From the NCBI RefSeq assembly GCF_902652985.1, contig NC_047018.1, forward strand, positions 33,294,001 to 33,358,000: a stretch of 64,000 nt of DNA, in the 5' to 3' direction. The position numbers and the translations under genes were made by a program. Positions 38,124 through 50,200 of the stretch are shown here, piece by piece; within the stretch, counting starts at the first letter, position 1; each line of letters opens with the position of its first letter. The stretch is from Pecten maximus. Taxonomy: Eukaryota. The notes beneath the pieces were generated by a model, which did not search any database, was not told where the DNA came from, and saw only the letters and a list, made by a program, of their open reading frames with translations.

Positions 38124-41100
38124 CTGAAACAGGTATTCACAATGTAGATTTATAATGTTATTTGAAATATCAACAATTTACTACATTTTTAATAAGAAAT
38201 AAAGGGGCTTTAAAACTAAATCTATAAAACAAACAATGCAGACACCATCTGCAAATGTCTTGTATATATATACATGTATATTTCAGGAAAAGGGTTGGGT
38301 AATTGTTTATTTCGGTTGGAGTCTGGAAAATAAAATATGCTGGTGTTCGTATGGATAATTTTACATCTTCCTGAGTATTTACTTATGAACCTTACCAGCC
38401 GGTTCTTAGTGTGAATATCGTGGGCTATCGTAATCCGGTCTTCAAACCCTGCATATACAAGAGACTTGATTCTTCGAATCCTTTCCGCATCATTTGGCAT
38501 GTCTAAATTTTCGCTAAACTGGTAATGTGAATTTTCCACCCCAAACAGGTCATATTCACAATAACAGCCTAGTCTGGCAAATTCGATGAGGCGATCCACA
38601 TCAGTGAACGTTCCTGAAATGAAACATGGAAAATTGCTGAAAAATATTATCATTCTCAAAACGAATAATGAAAAAAAGTACTGAATAACCAGGACAAAAA
38701 CAAATATCTAAAGACCCGGATACAGCGTCACTCAAAGACTATCTGTGTTAAAACAAGAGAACAGTAAACAAATATAACCTGTCTAAACCTCGTTAAAACT
38801 TTAACTGAAAAAAATGACACTAAGACATTAAGTCCCAAACATATCTGAAGAAAAAAATCACAAATTGAAACTTGTGAAAGAAGAGGACTGAGAATTTAAA
38901 TATATAAGATTATGTAAATGGATGCTAATTATACTTCAACTTTTTTTTAACATTCTGTGATATTTCATTGTCTTGTAATAGAACATTAGATAGACAATGA
39001 TCTTCAGTTTTACAATTACATACCTACATGTAATTAATACATGAAGACCCAGCACTTAGAAATATTTAAATTTTATCTTCTATGATGAATAATGCATAAT
39101 CTACGGTCCTTGTATGACGTGTTATCTATCCAGTATGGATCCAATAATGCCTTTCCATGGACAATTTTGATTTAAGGTAAGGAATTTTCATTGATTAAAT
39201 CAGGGACCAGACAGGGACTTTTTAACATGACCTGATCATGACCTGAAGTACGGTATATCTTGGTTTATTTTGTTTAAAATCCTTTCAGGACGTCATTTAA
39301 GGACGTGCCAGGTTTTTGAGGTGGAGGAAAGCCAGAGTACCTGAAGAAAACCACTGACCTACAGCCAGTACCAGTAGTATATATACTTACTGTCTAAGTG
39401 AGACATGATGAGCTTGTCTACTCTGCCACCAGCCTCCTGGTAAATACGCACCAATTCAAACGGTGCATCAGGATGACGACCAGGATGAAAAATAACGGGA
39501 CATCCGAGGTCCTGTTGTACCATTCCAGATGCCTGGACCGCCCGCTTCTCAGATGCTGTCAACAAAGAATGGATCATTTCCAAAAATACAAATTTTCAAT
39601 ATCACTTTACATCATCATTAATTTTCAAAAATTTTCCATATTTGTGTTTCACTGTAATTTATGATTAATCAGTTGTTTTGTATATATTATCACCCTATAC
39701 CTGTATTTTATTTTGAGTACTTTTCATATTATGAACAAAAGTTATATTTCATATCTTTCCCAGCTTAAATTATTCATGAAAATTCGAGTCAACATATAAA
39801 GTAGCTTTCATACCTTTTCCTACGTGTAGTTAAATTTTCCAACTCATATGTATCATAAAAAGACAATTAATGTGGTTTGTTATCTGGTTCAGGAGATCTG
39901 TACAAACTATAGACTCGGATTGCCTTTTTGTTCATTGAGAACAAGTAAAATTTTCTTTTTAATTTCTGTATTATCTTTAATACATTATTATCTTTCACAG
40001 TTGTTTATTGTTCTAATCAGTAAAAAAAGGAGTTAATCTATGTACTCACGGCCCAGTGGCCAGGAACAACCAATCTCTCCAATACATCCACATTTAATAT
40101 CGGTATCATCACAGCCGCTCGTGATGTCTGTCGTCATCACCTCAGCCATTTCCTCAACTGTCATGGCAACGGTTTCTGGTCGGGCCGATTCTACATAATA
40201 TCCTGAAGAAACAAAAAACATTTCAAACATACAATTATCTTCTCTTCCCAAGTCTTATATTTCAGGATGCCATGTTTGGTTAACACTATTGATAATGATG
40301 AATTGTTAATTTAATGATTTTCGTGGAATTTTCGGCAAAAGATTATTGAACTTTAGTTGGTCTAACTTGCTCATACAATATTTATATATATATATTTTTA
40401 TTTTCATTGCTTCTTAAATCCATATTAACATATATCTTACATATGACAGTCCATCATTCTTGGTATAATATGACATTTCAAGAGATTTGAATTATTCTGG
40501 GATGTGGGGAGAAAGACATACAGATAATCTGTTATAAACTTATGGCATTGGTAAATATAAAAGGTGGCAAACAAATATGACCGAGAGTACCACAACTCAG
40601 GAAAAATAACATTCATGCTGTGTGGCAATATTTCTGTTGAAAATAAACAGGAGTATGTTTCACACAAGTGTAAATGGAAATCAAATGATAAGCAATTGAT
40701 GCGTTTAGAATATATGCTGTCTTATGTCAAGGAAAATATTTCCCTTCTAGAAGAGTTTCACTTTCAGATACAAACATTATATGTTTACATAATAAATAGA
40801 AGCCATCATTACCACTGCCAGACACTACATTGACCCCGGTCTCCTTTGACACTTTCTGGAGGAAGTTGATATCTCGTTCTATACCGATGGTTGTATTATC
40901 CACGATCGTCCCTCCTCCGTTACTCTACGTCACAGTAAAACAAGTCCATCAGATCACCGGTAATAATAATATTTTTACTCAAATAAATCAGATCACAAGT
41001 AATAATAATATTTTTACTCAAATAATATATCTGTATGTTAATTATTAATGAATCAGAATTTCAGAAGCTACTACAACTTCTATCTTGTTCTATCTTGCAA

Positions 41101-44100
41101 TACTTCTGTTTTAAATATCTAATAATGAAAACTCCTGAAACTTTTACCTTTAGCTCAGTCTTCACTTACTTTAAACTCTGCCTCGCAATTTTGACCTTGA
41201 CGACATTAGTTTACACTTACTTTGAAACACCCTGTCGTAAAACTTAGACCGTGAACTTTGTCTAAACTTACTTTTAAAACACTCTCCCTAAAACTTTGAC
41301 CTTGAACATGGTTTACTTGGAAACAGTTTGTCCTAAAGCTTTGACCTTGATATATATGTCTACACTTCATTTAAAACATTTCAATCCTAAATCTATGACC
41401 TTGACTTTTATCTACACCTAACATGAAATACTGTTTATTTTCCTTAATCTGTGATCTTGACCTTTATTTACACTTACCTTGTAATATTCCATCTCGGCCA
41501 CTACAGCTTCCTGTACATCATTCAGATAGAGGTTTTTCATACTGCTGTATCTGATAACAAAATCATGGTCACCTAATTCTTAAGTAAATCAAGCCATATT
41601 TTAAATATGAATAACATAAAATATGAATTAATAAATACCAAATGTCATCTTTTCATTTTTGAACACAACAAGTGTAGAGGATTAAGATATTATACAGCAG
41701 CAGGTGTAACAAACAAAGCTGGAGGTCGTGGAGGTCATGGAGGAGGTCGTGGAGGTCATGGAGGAGGTCATGGAGGTTGTAAGCCACACAACCACATCGC
41801 CTTTTTATCATTGTTGGGGGAGGGGATTGGACACAGACAAAATTGAATCCTTGAATCTAGTTCAAGGTGTTAAAACACACAACGTCTAGTTTTTTTGGTC
41901 CCAACAGGTTATTTCATCACATTCAAATTTACCTCTGTCATTTGACCTATTAAAAACAGAGCCTGTATCTATAAATGTTATCAATTAGAACATTTAGAAC
42001 AGTGGGGTTTAAACTTACGGATGCTGACGTATCCACCACAGATTTTCCATTGTGATGTCATCATTCTTCTGATCTTGTATTTTAGGGTCAGGATGTGGCG
42101 TGTACATCGTGTGAAACTCCATCTTGAGATGTTCATGGCACATGGTTACTCCAGCCTCACTCGGCTCTATCAGACCCAGCACTGAAACAGAGTCGTGTAT
42201 TTTTAAAACTGCGTTAGAAAAAGATTTTAGACATACATTAAACTAATGAAACTGTGTTTTGCTAAATATTAAACATTATTATTTAAATTTTCTACACACA
42301 AGGAAATAAAATTTAAAAGTAATGTTTTACAAATTTAAAATTTTAATTCACTTTAATTAATGAAAAGTTCCAGGAAAAATTATGAAGATTTACATTTCTA
42401 AAGATAAATTGTGAAAATATTTTTCCACTTTTAATATACAATAATAACAATAATTTTGGCAGAATGTTGTGTCGTCCAGCATAAAATCGTACCAAAGTGA
42501 TCTCTGTCTACCTTTTAATGACTGAATGGTGCTCTCTTTTCTAACGTATCTCAAATGGTGGATTCTAGCTTAATGAGGAGTTCTGGCTTTCCAGTTTGAT
42601 TTAGGCATAGCTTAACGTCATTTAAATTAACTTGAAGTCCAGCCATCCCGCAGAAGAACCATCCACATGTCAATAACATTTTTTTTTTTCAATTAATCTA
42701 TGATTACAGAACACGTGTCTTCAGATTTAGTCCTCTTCATATCATACAACAGTGCAGTAGGCTATCTTTACATCTCCTTATGTGTAACGTATCTACCACT
42801 GCAACAGTGCACAACCCACATAGATTAGAACAGGTCTGGTTTGAACTGGAATAACATGTCATTGATAGTCATATAATATTACTGTAATCAGTTCCTTGAC
42901 ACAGTTTATGAGATGTGCCACAAAAATTTGTGATAAAAATAACTCTGTAAAGTGGGTAATATCACTCCATCATTGCATGAAAATTGACAGCAAGATCAAT
43001 TTTGGAAGAGAAATTAACTACAACAATAACAGGACATAGTGGGTATATAGAATTTATCTATTATTCCATATACATTGTACATGTATCTAACAAAGGGCAT
43101 TAACTCTGTATATAAAGGTAACAAAATTTCGACCCGATTTCAGCATTTGACACTCCACCATAATGCATTGTATGAGATATGATCTCAGATAATAAAGGGG
43201 GGAATGGAGGTGCCAAGTCAGTTTCTCAAGCACTATTGTGAGATAAAAACTGGGGCCAAGTCAGTTTCTCAAGCACTATTGTGAGATAAAAACTGGGGCC
43301 AAGTCAGTTTCTCAAGCACATGTGAGATAACAACTATGTATTGCATTCAAAGGTTTAAATCCAAATTTATATGTAGAAAATATCATAAAAAGGTAGAGTT
43401 TTGATTAGTATGAATTCAAAATTTATGTGACCATGGATCACTGTTAATGATGTTTCCAGTCAGAATGATTGATACAAATATAAAATATCTTCAATGATGT
43501 AATTGAAAGGAATAGAAGGATTCACCAGCTATGTGGAAACAAACAATACATTTGTTTTCTCAACTTAAAAAAAGGATATTCCCATGAAAGGGAGTTGTAT
43601 GGGTTTTTTTTTTCTTCTGACAGTACATATATCTATGTATGACTTTTTAAATTGAAATTTATGTGAACAATATATACATGTATCCAGTTTTCAGGGAAAC
43701 AACTCCAAATGTGATGAGTTAAAAAGAAACATTACATTGTATTGTTTTCACTGTCGTAATCATGATAAAGGAGAGAGTGACAATTGTTTTCCTCCAAATT
43801 CACTATCACTGTACTGATAATAATTACCTACTGATTTTCAACATATTCAAGGTAAAAGAAAGCTTCATTACACAATATATAGTTATAGCAATTAAAATGG
43901 TAATGTTAACCAGGTATGTGAGGAAATATCACAAATCCTTATATGCTTTGAAGCAGAAAATCTATTTATAACTATTATATAAAGAAATACACTGATAAGC
44001 CGGGTGTTGTCCACCATTAGAGACCACAAACTGACCCGATTAAGACACAGGATGACTTCTCCTGAGTCCTCTACATACCAAATTTACTTTGGAATCTATT

Positions 44101-45822
44101 ATCTTTCCCATATAACCTACAATGTATCTATAGCACAACCCTAACCTTGCTTATCAGATATGGCTTGAAAAATTTGTACAAATGTATGTGCTACCCAGTA
44201 ATGGTGAAGCAAGTCCAGTGTCCAGGATTTTAGAAGGTTATGTTGTTATGTAGATTAAAATACTTATTTTTAATATTATTTCTAGATGTTTAAAAGAGTA
44301 TACATGTATGTGAGCAATTTTAATTTTAAACCATTTTTTTTTATGAACTAACAAATAAATGTTTTGTCAACTTAATAGAAGGCATGATATTAATCAAACT
44401 TGTTAGCCTGGATGGAAGTGTGCAAGGGGTCTTACTGTAGAAGGAGACTGAAGTATCCAGAGAAAATTAACCCATGTCTTCAGGCAGGTGACCCCTATAC
44501 CTTTCCACATTTGATTGGGGTTACCATAGTGCCACCAAACCACCACTCTATTGTATGTACCTACTGGCCACATAACAGGCCTTTGAAGCCTTTGCTTGGG
44601 TCTTCAAGAAAATGCTTGAAATTTTAAACACATATTACTATGACCTTAAAAATATGCCAGGGTCACTTGCATATATATAGAAACATTTTGTACCTGCTGG
44701 CAAAACATCAGGCACAATGACTGGGTCTTCTCAAACTTGATAATTTTTTTTCTCACTTTATTGACTAGTTGACAAGTACCCTTGAAGAAAGGTCAAGGAC
44801 ATTTACATGAGGCCACTGGCAATTTAAAGCGTAGGGCTTTTGGGAACTTGAGAAGATTTGAGAGGTTTTAATTTAGTATGCATTGTATTAAATCCCTGTG
44901 GCAGTGAAAACAATTTTATGTAATTTATATCAGGGAACTTGATTTTTCCACTCTTTCTATGGTAGCTAGATGCTGGCAAAATATAAGGCATCTTGGTCAC
45001 AAATAGCTTGAGATAATTCTAGAGGATTTTTTCCTATTCAACTCCGGTGACCTGTAAAACAGGTAAATGTCAATTACATGAAGAAACATTATAGCACAGT
45101 CCAAGAGAATATGGCCTCTGAAACTTAAATTTAATGATAAAATTCTTTAAGTTTTTAACATATTTGATTCCCATGATCTTGAAAATTAAATAGGTCAAGG
45201 TCACTGCATGGTATGCTGATGGCATGCTTTTATCTGACCTGATGGCAAAATATCAGACGTCTCCGAGTCTCCTGAAACTTGAGAAAATAATTTCAAATGG
45301 ATTGTTTTAACTGTTTGACCACTGTGACCCTAGTATGTCAAAGTCTTCCATATTAGGAATCTTCAATGTATAGATTCTACTCTACCCCGGGTACATTGTT
45401 TTTATCTCCTGACCAAATATCAGTTACCAGTTGTTTAGTTTTTCTAGAAGTCACCAATCCAAATTAACAGAAAGAGAATGATCACAAGCATTGGCACTTT
45501 GAACAGTGGAAATTAAAAACGAAAGTAAAGCAGTGTAGCACTGTTCATGCATGTCGTGTTTACCTGGCTTAAGAATATTGTTTTTTTATTCCAGTATCAA
45601 ACATAATGATTGATGTGTATAAAGGATTTGATGGAGTTATTTTCCATACTAAAATAGTGTACTTGTTGTCGAGATACATACACAACGCATCAATTAATTC
45701 ATGCACGTGTATACCTACCTGTACATGTGCGTAAAAATCTAAATGGCACAGTACCAACACATGCAGTACTCTGTTTTGAGTCTGCACCTTCCATTTCACT
45801 TACCTGTCTGTATCTTCGCCAT
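37980..45822 (-). CDS. PTER: Phosphotriesterase-related protein (amidohydrolase superfamily), complete, 348 aa
   Basis: Exons in + coordinates: 45804-45822, 42019-42181, 41478-41550, 40813-40924, 40050-40202, 39391-39555, 38396-38613 and 37980-38123; total 1047 nt, all GT-AG and in phase. Motifs: [83 protein letters not shown]. Confidence 0.97.
38396..38613 (-). CDS. PTER: PTER exon 7
   Basis: [25 protein letters not shown]...[10 protein letters not shown]. Confidence 0.95.
39259..39372 (-). mobile_element. 5'-truncated copy of the same SINE in PTER intron 6
   Basis: GTCATTTAAGGACGTGCCAGGTTTTTGAGGTGGAGGAAAG matches 31958-31997. Confidence 0.85.
39391..39555 (-). CDS. PTER: PTER exon 6
   Basis: [33 protein letters not shown]...MSHLD. 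Confidence 0.95.
40050..40202 (-). CDS. PTER: PTER exon 5
   Basis: [11 protein letters not shown]...[15 protein letters not shown]. Confidence 0.95.
40813..40924 (-). CDS. PTER: PTER exon 4
   Basis: [38 protein letters not shown]. Confidence 0.95.
40948..41026. repeat. 39-bp tandem duplication next to the PTER exon 4 acceptor
   Basis: ATCAGATCAC(CG/AA)GTAATAATAATATTTTTACTCAAATAA, two copies. Confidence 0.85.
41155..41480. repeat. Degenerate 50-57-bp tandem repeat built on the PTER exon 3 donor
   Basis: TTGACCTTGA...TACACTTAC units, with ACTTAC (GTAAGT on the - strand) at 41164, 41215, 41266 and the true donor at 41472. Confidence 0.7.
41478..41550 (-). CDS. PTER: PTER exon 3
   Basis: [24 protein letters not shown], bounded by atcag| and |GTAAGT. 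Confidence 0.93.
41721..41778. repeat. GGAGGTCRT / GGA short tandem repeat
   Basis: (GGAGGTCGTGGAGGTCATGGA) x2 plus a partial copy. Confidence 0.9.
42019..42181 (-). CDS. PTER: PTER exon 2 (HEH metal ligands)
   Basis: [23 protein letters not shown]...[10 protein letters not shown]. Confidence 0.95.
43212..43332. repeat. About 43-bp tandem repeat, about 2.7 copies
   Basis: GCCAAGTCAGTTTCTCAAGCACTATTGTGAGATAAAAACTGGG. Confidence 0.9.
44570..45520 (-). mobile_element. Decayed HINE-like element with internal subrepeats
   Basis: Recurrent TGACCTTGAAAA..GGTCAAGGTCA and GGCAAAATAT..AAACTTGAGA subunits, the same style as the other HINE-like copies. Confidence 0.45.
45804..45822 (-). CDS. PTER: PTER coding exon 1 (MAKIQT)
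   Basis: ATG GCG AAG ATA CAG ACA G|GTAAGT, phase 1, joins VLGLIEPS. Confidence 0.88.
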
Positions 45823-46351
45823 ACTGTCTCTAAGGTATATCACAGAAGGTATTTCACAGAATGTGTGTAGTCGTATTCCCAACTACAACAGTAGGCCTAC
45901 AGTACCAGCCTATCTGTGACCCGTTCCAGACAGTTTTTTTATTTTTAGATAACCGGCTTCGTGGGAAATTTCTACCGGATTGAATTCTCCTAGCATAAAT
46001 TGTTTATAAACATTTAACGTTAGGCCTATATCCAATTCTCTAGTGTTGGCTACTTGTTTTTAAGGTTTTTGTCATGTGATCATATGAAATTGATATGGGA
46101 TTCTTATTTTTAAATAATCAGAATATACAGCGTATTTCTGTTAATCCGGACGATGGATTTTCTGTTATTCAAACAAAAATTAGAAAGCCGTTGTAAACTT
46201 CCTGTTTTGAATTGAGTGACACGCATGAAAATGGCCTGAAGGCCTAGCTTATACACTACAGGAGAGAAAACGAACAGTGATGATTCTGTGATACTTGCAT
46301 AAAAGGTATGGGTGTCCCGGCGACATGAGATAATGTATGATAAATGACAAG
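45823..46351. promoter_or_regulatory. Bidirectional promoter region for PTER and SLC2A10/12-like, including a probable non-coding first exon of the transporter
   Basis: The genes are head-to-head and the region is locally richer in CpG than the flanking introns. ETS-type ACTTCCTG at about 46197-46204. Candidate + strand donors AAG|GTATGG (46305) and AAG|GTAAAT (46351) could splice to the acceptor tttcag|47154. Confidence 0.55.
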
Positions 46352-46550
46352 GTAAATAATTCCTCAACGGTGACGTATTGAAAAAAAATCATGAGCTTTC
46401 TTGATCAACTCAAATTACATCCATAACCGCAGTATGTTACAGATGAGAGCTGTCACCACAACATGTAAATTAATATAGATGTACCATTACGGGACATGGT
46501 GGCAAAAAGATGCAGCTCTTGATGTTGCAATATAAATGGAATATCAAATT

Positions 46551-46623
46551 GGACCGGGAATCGAACCCGTGACCTCCAGCTTGGTAGGCGAGCGTTCTAA
46601 CCAAATGTCCGGACGTTCGGCCC
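46551..46623 (-). pseudogene. tRNA-like fragment (pseudo-tRNA or SINE head)
   Basis: On the - strand: TGGTTAGAACGCTCGCCTACCAAGCTGGAGGTCACGGGTTCGATTCCCGGTCC. The T-arm/B box is good, the anticodon stem is mismatched and the 5' end is disrupted. Confidence 0.65.
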
Positions 46624-47153
46624 GAGGACTATTAACGGCAATGCAGTCTTATTTTACCACATTTCTCCCCATCTTATTTTTAAGGTCCTTTTTATCTCTC
46701 CGAGATCATACCATTTTGACGTACAGGAGCTACCACACATCATTTTATTTAGCTATAATTACAGTCATTGAATATAGCTTGAAAATATATATTGTTACCA
46801 TGAATTATTAGTAAACATGTATACACAAATATGTATAAATGACTATCGCCTGTTGACTACAAAATGTTTACAAGGTGTTGCATTTTACTCCTCATGGGAC
46901 ATCCACAAAATTAAACAATTCTAGTATTTCCCTTCTTGTAAGCTTATTCTCACTGTAATATTATTGTCAGGGTTCGGGATCGATTTTCTTCAGCATATTT
47001 AACAAAGGGGACATAAGTAAACAATTTTAGAAGAATACCTTAAGATTTACCGTAAATGGTTTCTGAATGACACATTGTAATCATGTTAGTTGATGGCAAC
47101 ACAAATTACGTAAAAGATATACAAATATGTATATATCTTTACTTGTGTTTCAG

Positions 47154-47275
47154 TCCTCATTTATTTGTACATGTAATAAAATTGGTAAAACTCCAAACTT
47201 TCAGGTCCACTTAAGGATCTAAAGAAATCCAAGAGGGGATACTCATCATGGAAAATGAGGATCTACAGGAGGGAG
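47154..47275 (+). CDS. GLUT candidate start exon A (ATG 47248, MENEDLQEG)
   Basis: Acceptor tttcag|47154, in-frame upstream stop, Kozak-like atcATGg, donor GAG|GTAAAT; phase 1 matches the acceptor at 55399. Confidence 0.7.
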
Positions 47276-50200
47276 GTAAATATTTGACTTTCATCATCCA
47301 CCCCATCAACAAAAATTTACTATGATAAATCTGACCATTTAATGAATGTGTTATATTTAAAGTCTTTTGATAAATACACACTATGATCAAAGTACTGTAT
47401 TTATACTGCAATAAGGCAAGACAGCATACAATATCTGAGGAAGATGGACTTATTTCTGGGCAATGGAGTTTTGCACTTGTTGGCATTACTTATAAACTAA
47501 AATAGATAGGGGTTGGCTTTAATTACATAGGGTATATAGCTATAGGCTTATTGCCATATGAAAACAGCATTCATAGTTTGCACACTCTCTAGTAGAATCT
47601 TGGAATATTGGACCAGATAGCTATATATATAGATGTTGTGTCAATGTGTTCAATATCAGTAAATTATTCTGTAGGTTTTTATTAGTGAGTCTTTAATAAT
47701 AAAAACAACATTCTTTAGTCGTTTGGTGGTGGAATAGAATGACAGTCCCAATATTTGATTCCCTATGGGTGATGGAAGGGTATATGATATCACAGGTTTA
47801 TGGTATGGTTATCCCGTAATCCGTGAATGCTAATGTGTTGGCAAGAATTGCTATATACATACTGCTCTCTTCAGTAAAGGGTTCCAGTACTTAGGGGCAT
47901 TGTCTGTTGGGTTTGCTGTCCCCATGAAGGCACAGTGGTTTTCCCTTGTGATTTTCCTCCACTTTAGACAGCAGTGGGTGTCAGTGCATTCTCGGGTGAT
48001 GCAGGCAGAACTGGTGTATGATAACTTAAATTGTGTTTCCTTTCATGGGTATGCTTCGATGCTATCTATACACAAGACCCAGTAATCTCCTTGACGGGAA
48101 TGTATGTAAAATATTGTTGTACCATATGCATATATTTTATATCAGTGAGTGCTCTGACAACTCAGCAGAGAAATTTCAGTATCATACATACTGGTATATG
48201 TATGGTAAAATTTGATTCAGAAAAAAAAAGAAAAGAAAGAAAGCATCATCTCCCTAAGTACATGAATTTAATTGACAAATGATGCAATGTATTTAAACCT
48301 TCTTTATTTCTTAAAAATCCAATATACAATTTTATAAAGTCAGCACATCTGTAATGTATAGAAATGGAAATAAACTGTATAGCTTGTTTTATAATCTGAG
48401 CCAGCTTAAAGCTGCATACGCCCAAATAACCTAAAATTGTAGTTGCGTACATGTATTAATGGCAATCCAAGACGCTTATTCACACTCTCCTACATTAAAA
48501 TGACCATTGGACTGGGTGCTTGACAGGGAAAATCCTTGCGACATCAGTGTATAAAAATAACTCGCCGCATTTATCTTTATCACAAGTTCTAGTTTTGTCA
48601 CAGAGTTCGGGAACAAGGCTTCAACAACGCACACTGCACATAAACTACACACATGAATGTTGTTTACATATCGAGTATACATTAACTTGCCTTATAATGC
48701 TTTCATTTGAACATATCAAAATACACTCGTAATAACTGATCAGTATAAACAAACCTACATTTTTATAGCAATATGGATACAACAAAACATAGACAAAATT
48801 CAGGTCGGTAAAGCTGACAATGTAATTAGAGGAATATGGAACAAGCTAACCTGAGCAATCCAATACACTGCCAGAAAAATCGAAATTTGAGTCTATTCCT
48901 TTTTCTTCTTGTGATAAGTTCACAGGAATCAATTCTTTTCCTAAAGAAATCCTGGAGTTTTGCTGATTCCAGTCCCTTTTACATTTCTTATAGGCAGAAT
49001 CTGTCTGTTTTTGGGTGCCCATGCTTTCGGCGGTCCACCATTTTGTGTTGACTGATAATATAACTCGCCTGTTGCATTGTGGGACTAATTTGCACAGAAA
49101 CTTGGTCCGTCGGACCCATTTGGGAATTTCCCTTATACTTTTAAAATACATATTTTTCTCCAATTTTGGATTCAGGATTATTTTTTAGGTGTATATTTAG
49201 TTTGAAGACTTTAAAGAGATTAAAATGTAAACATTTATATATATATTTCTTTGGGAGTATGTGGCTTTAACACAGATCATATATGGGCATGTATATGTAT
49301 GGTCATACACCTGACACAGATCTGTGAAGGTTATTTGATAAAACTGCATTTTAGCTACCACTTAAGATGGCGTAATCATGGAGGCATTTGTAGTCTGTAT
49401 TAATTATATATATAAGTACACATGCATTGACATAGAAAAGCACAAAAAAGAGTCACTAGGTCATAATGATGTGAGTTGGTAAATTATTACCCTATTGATT
49501 TAGTTCCAGGCTTGGGAGATATGACGTAGTAGATTACATTATCTTGCTTGATCTGAATTATGTCTAAGCTCAAATGTATGTCATATAAATAAATTTCCTA
49601 TATCATTAGATACAAGGTGTATCAATGAAAAAAAAAACAGCATCAATACGAACGTCTGCACGACAGCGTTCTTTTCCTCCGGCTATTTTCTTACATCAAA
49701 AGAAAGCGTGCTGACAAAAAGTTCAACTACATCCATTTTTTTGAGACTACATATGTTACTATGTCTTATGTAAGCCCAGACTGGTACAAATTCTCCTTTG
49801 ACATATAGTTGAAGGGTGCCATCTTAGAGAGTTCAATAACTTCAAACCCCATGTAGTCTAGATCTATGGACATATATTTTCATGACATATACAAATAGAA
49901 AAATAAATAGTGATTGAGGCTACTTCCGGCAAAGGAAATGTAGTGATTTTTTACATACTCATGCTGGGTTAAAAGGTTTTATTGTGATCTTTGGCCGAAT
50001 CAGCTGACAATATGCATGTTGCAATTCTTATAATTTCGCTTCCTTGATTTGAAGAAATGTGAAATGCATGGAGAATTTTATTATCTAAATGTTATTACTG
50101 GTTTAAATTATTTAATCCTGCTACATCAATTCCATTTTTAGAAATCTTTAGAACTGTTTTATGCATACAAATAGTGTTTTATTAGCTCACCTGGTCCAAA

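Noticed and set aside
41607-41846. Gly/His/Arg-rich ORF (GGRGGHG), resembling an antimicrobial or RGG peptide
   Set aside because: It is explained by a short GGA-based tandem repeat antisense in a PTER intron, with no signal peptide or splice support.
45569-45799. ORF starting MKWKVQTQ, resembling the PTER N-terminal KIQT
   Set aside because: It starts at GTG within the donor sequence and has no matching donor after VQT. The true exon 45804-45822 explains the N-terminus.
46551-46623. Functional tRNA gene
   Set aside because: The anticodon stem is mismatched and the acceptor/D-arm start is disrupted; kept only as a tRNA-derived fragment.
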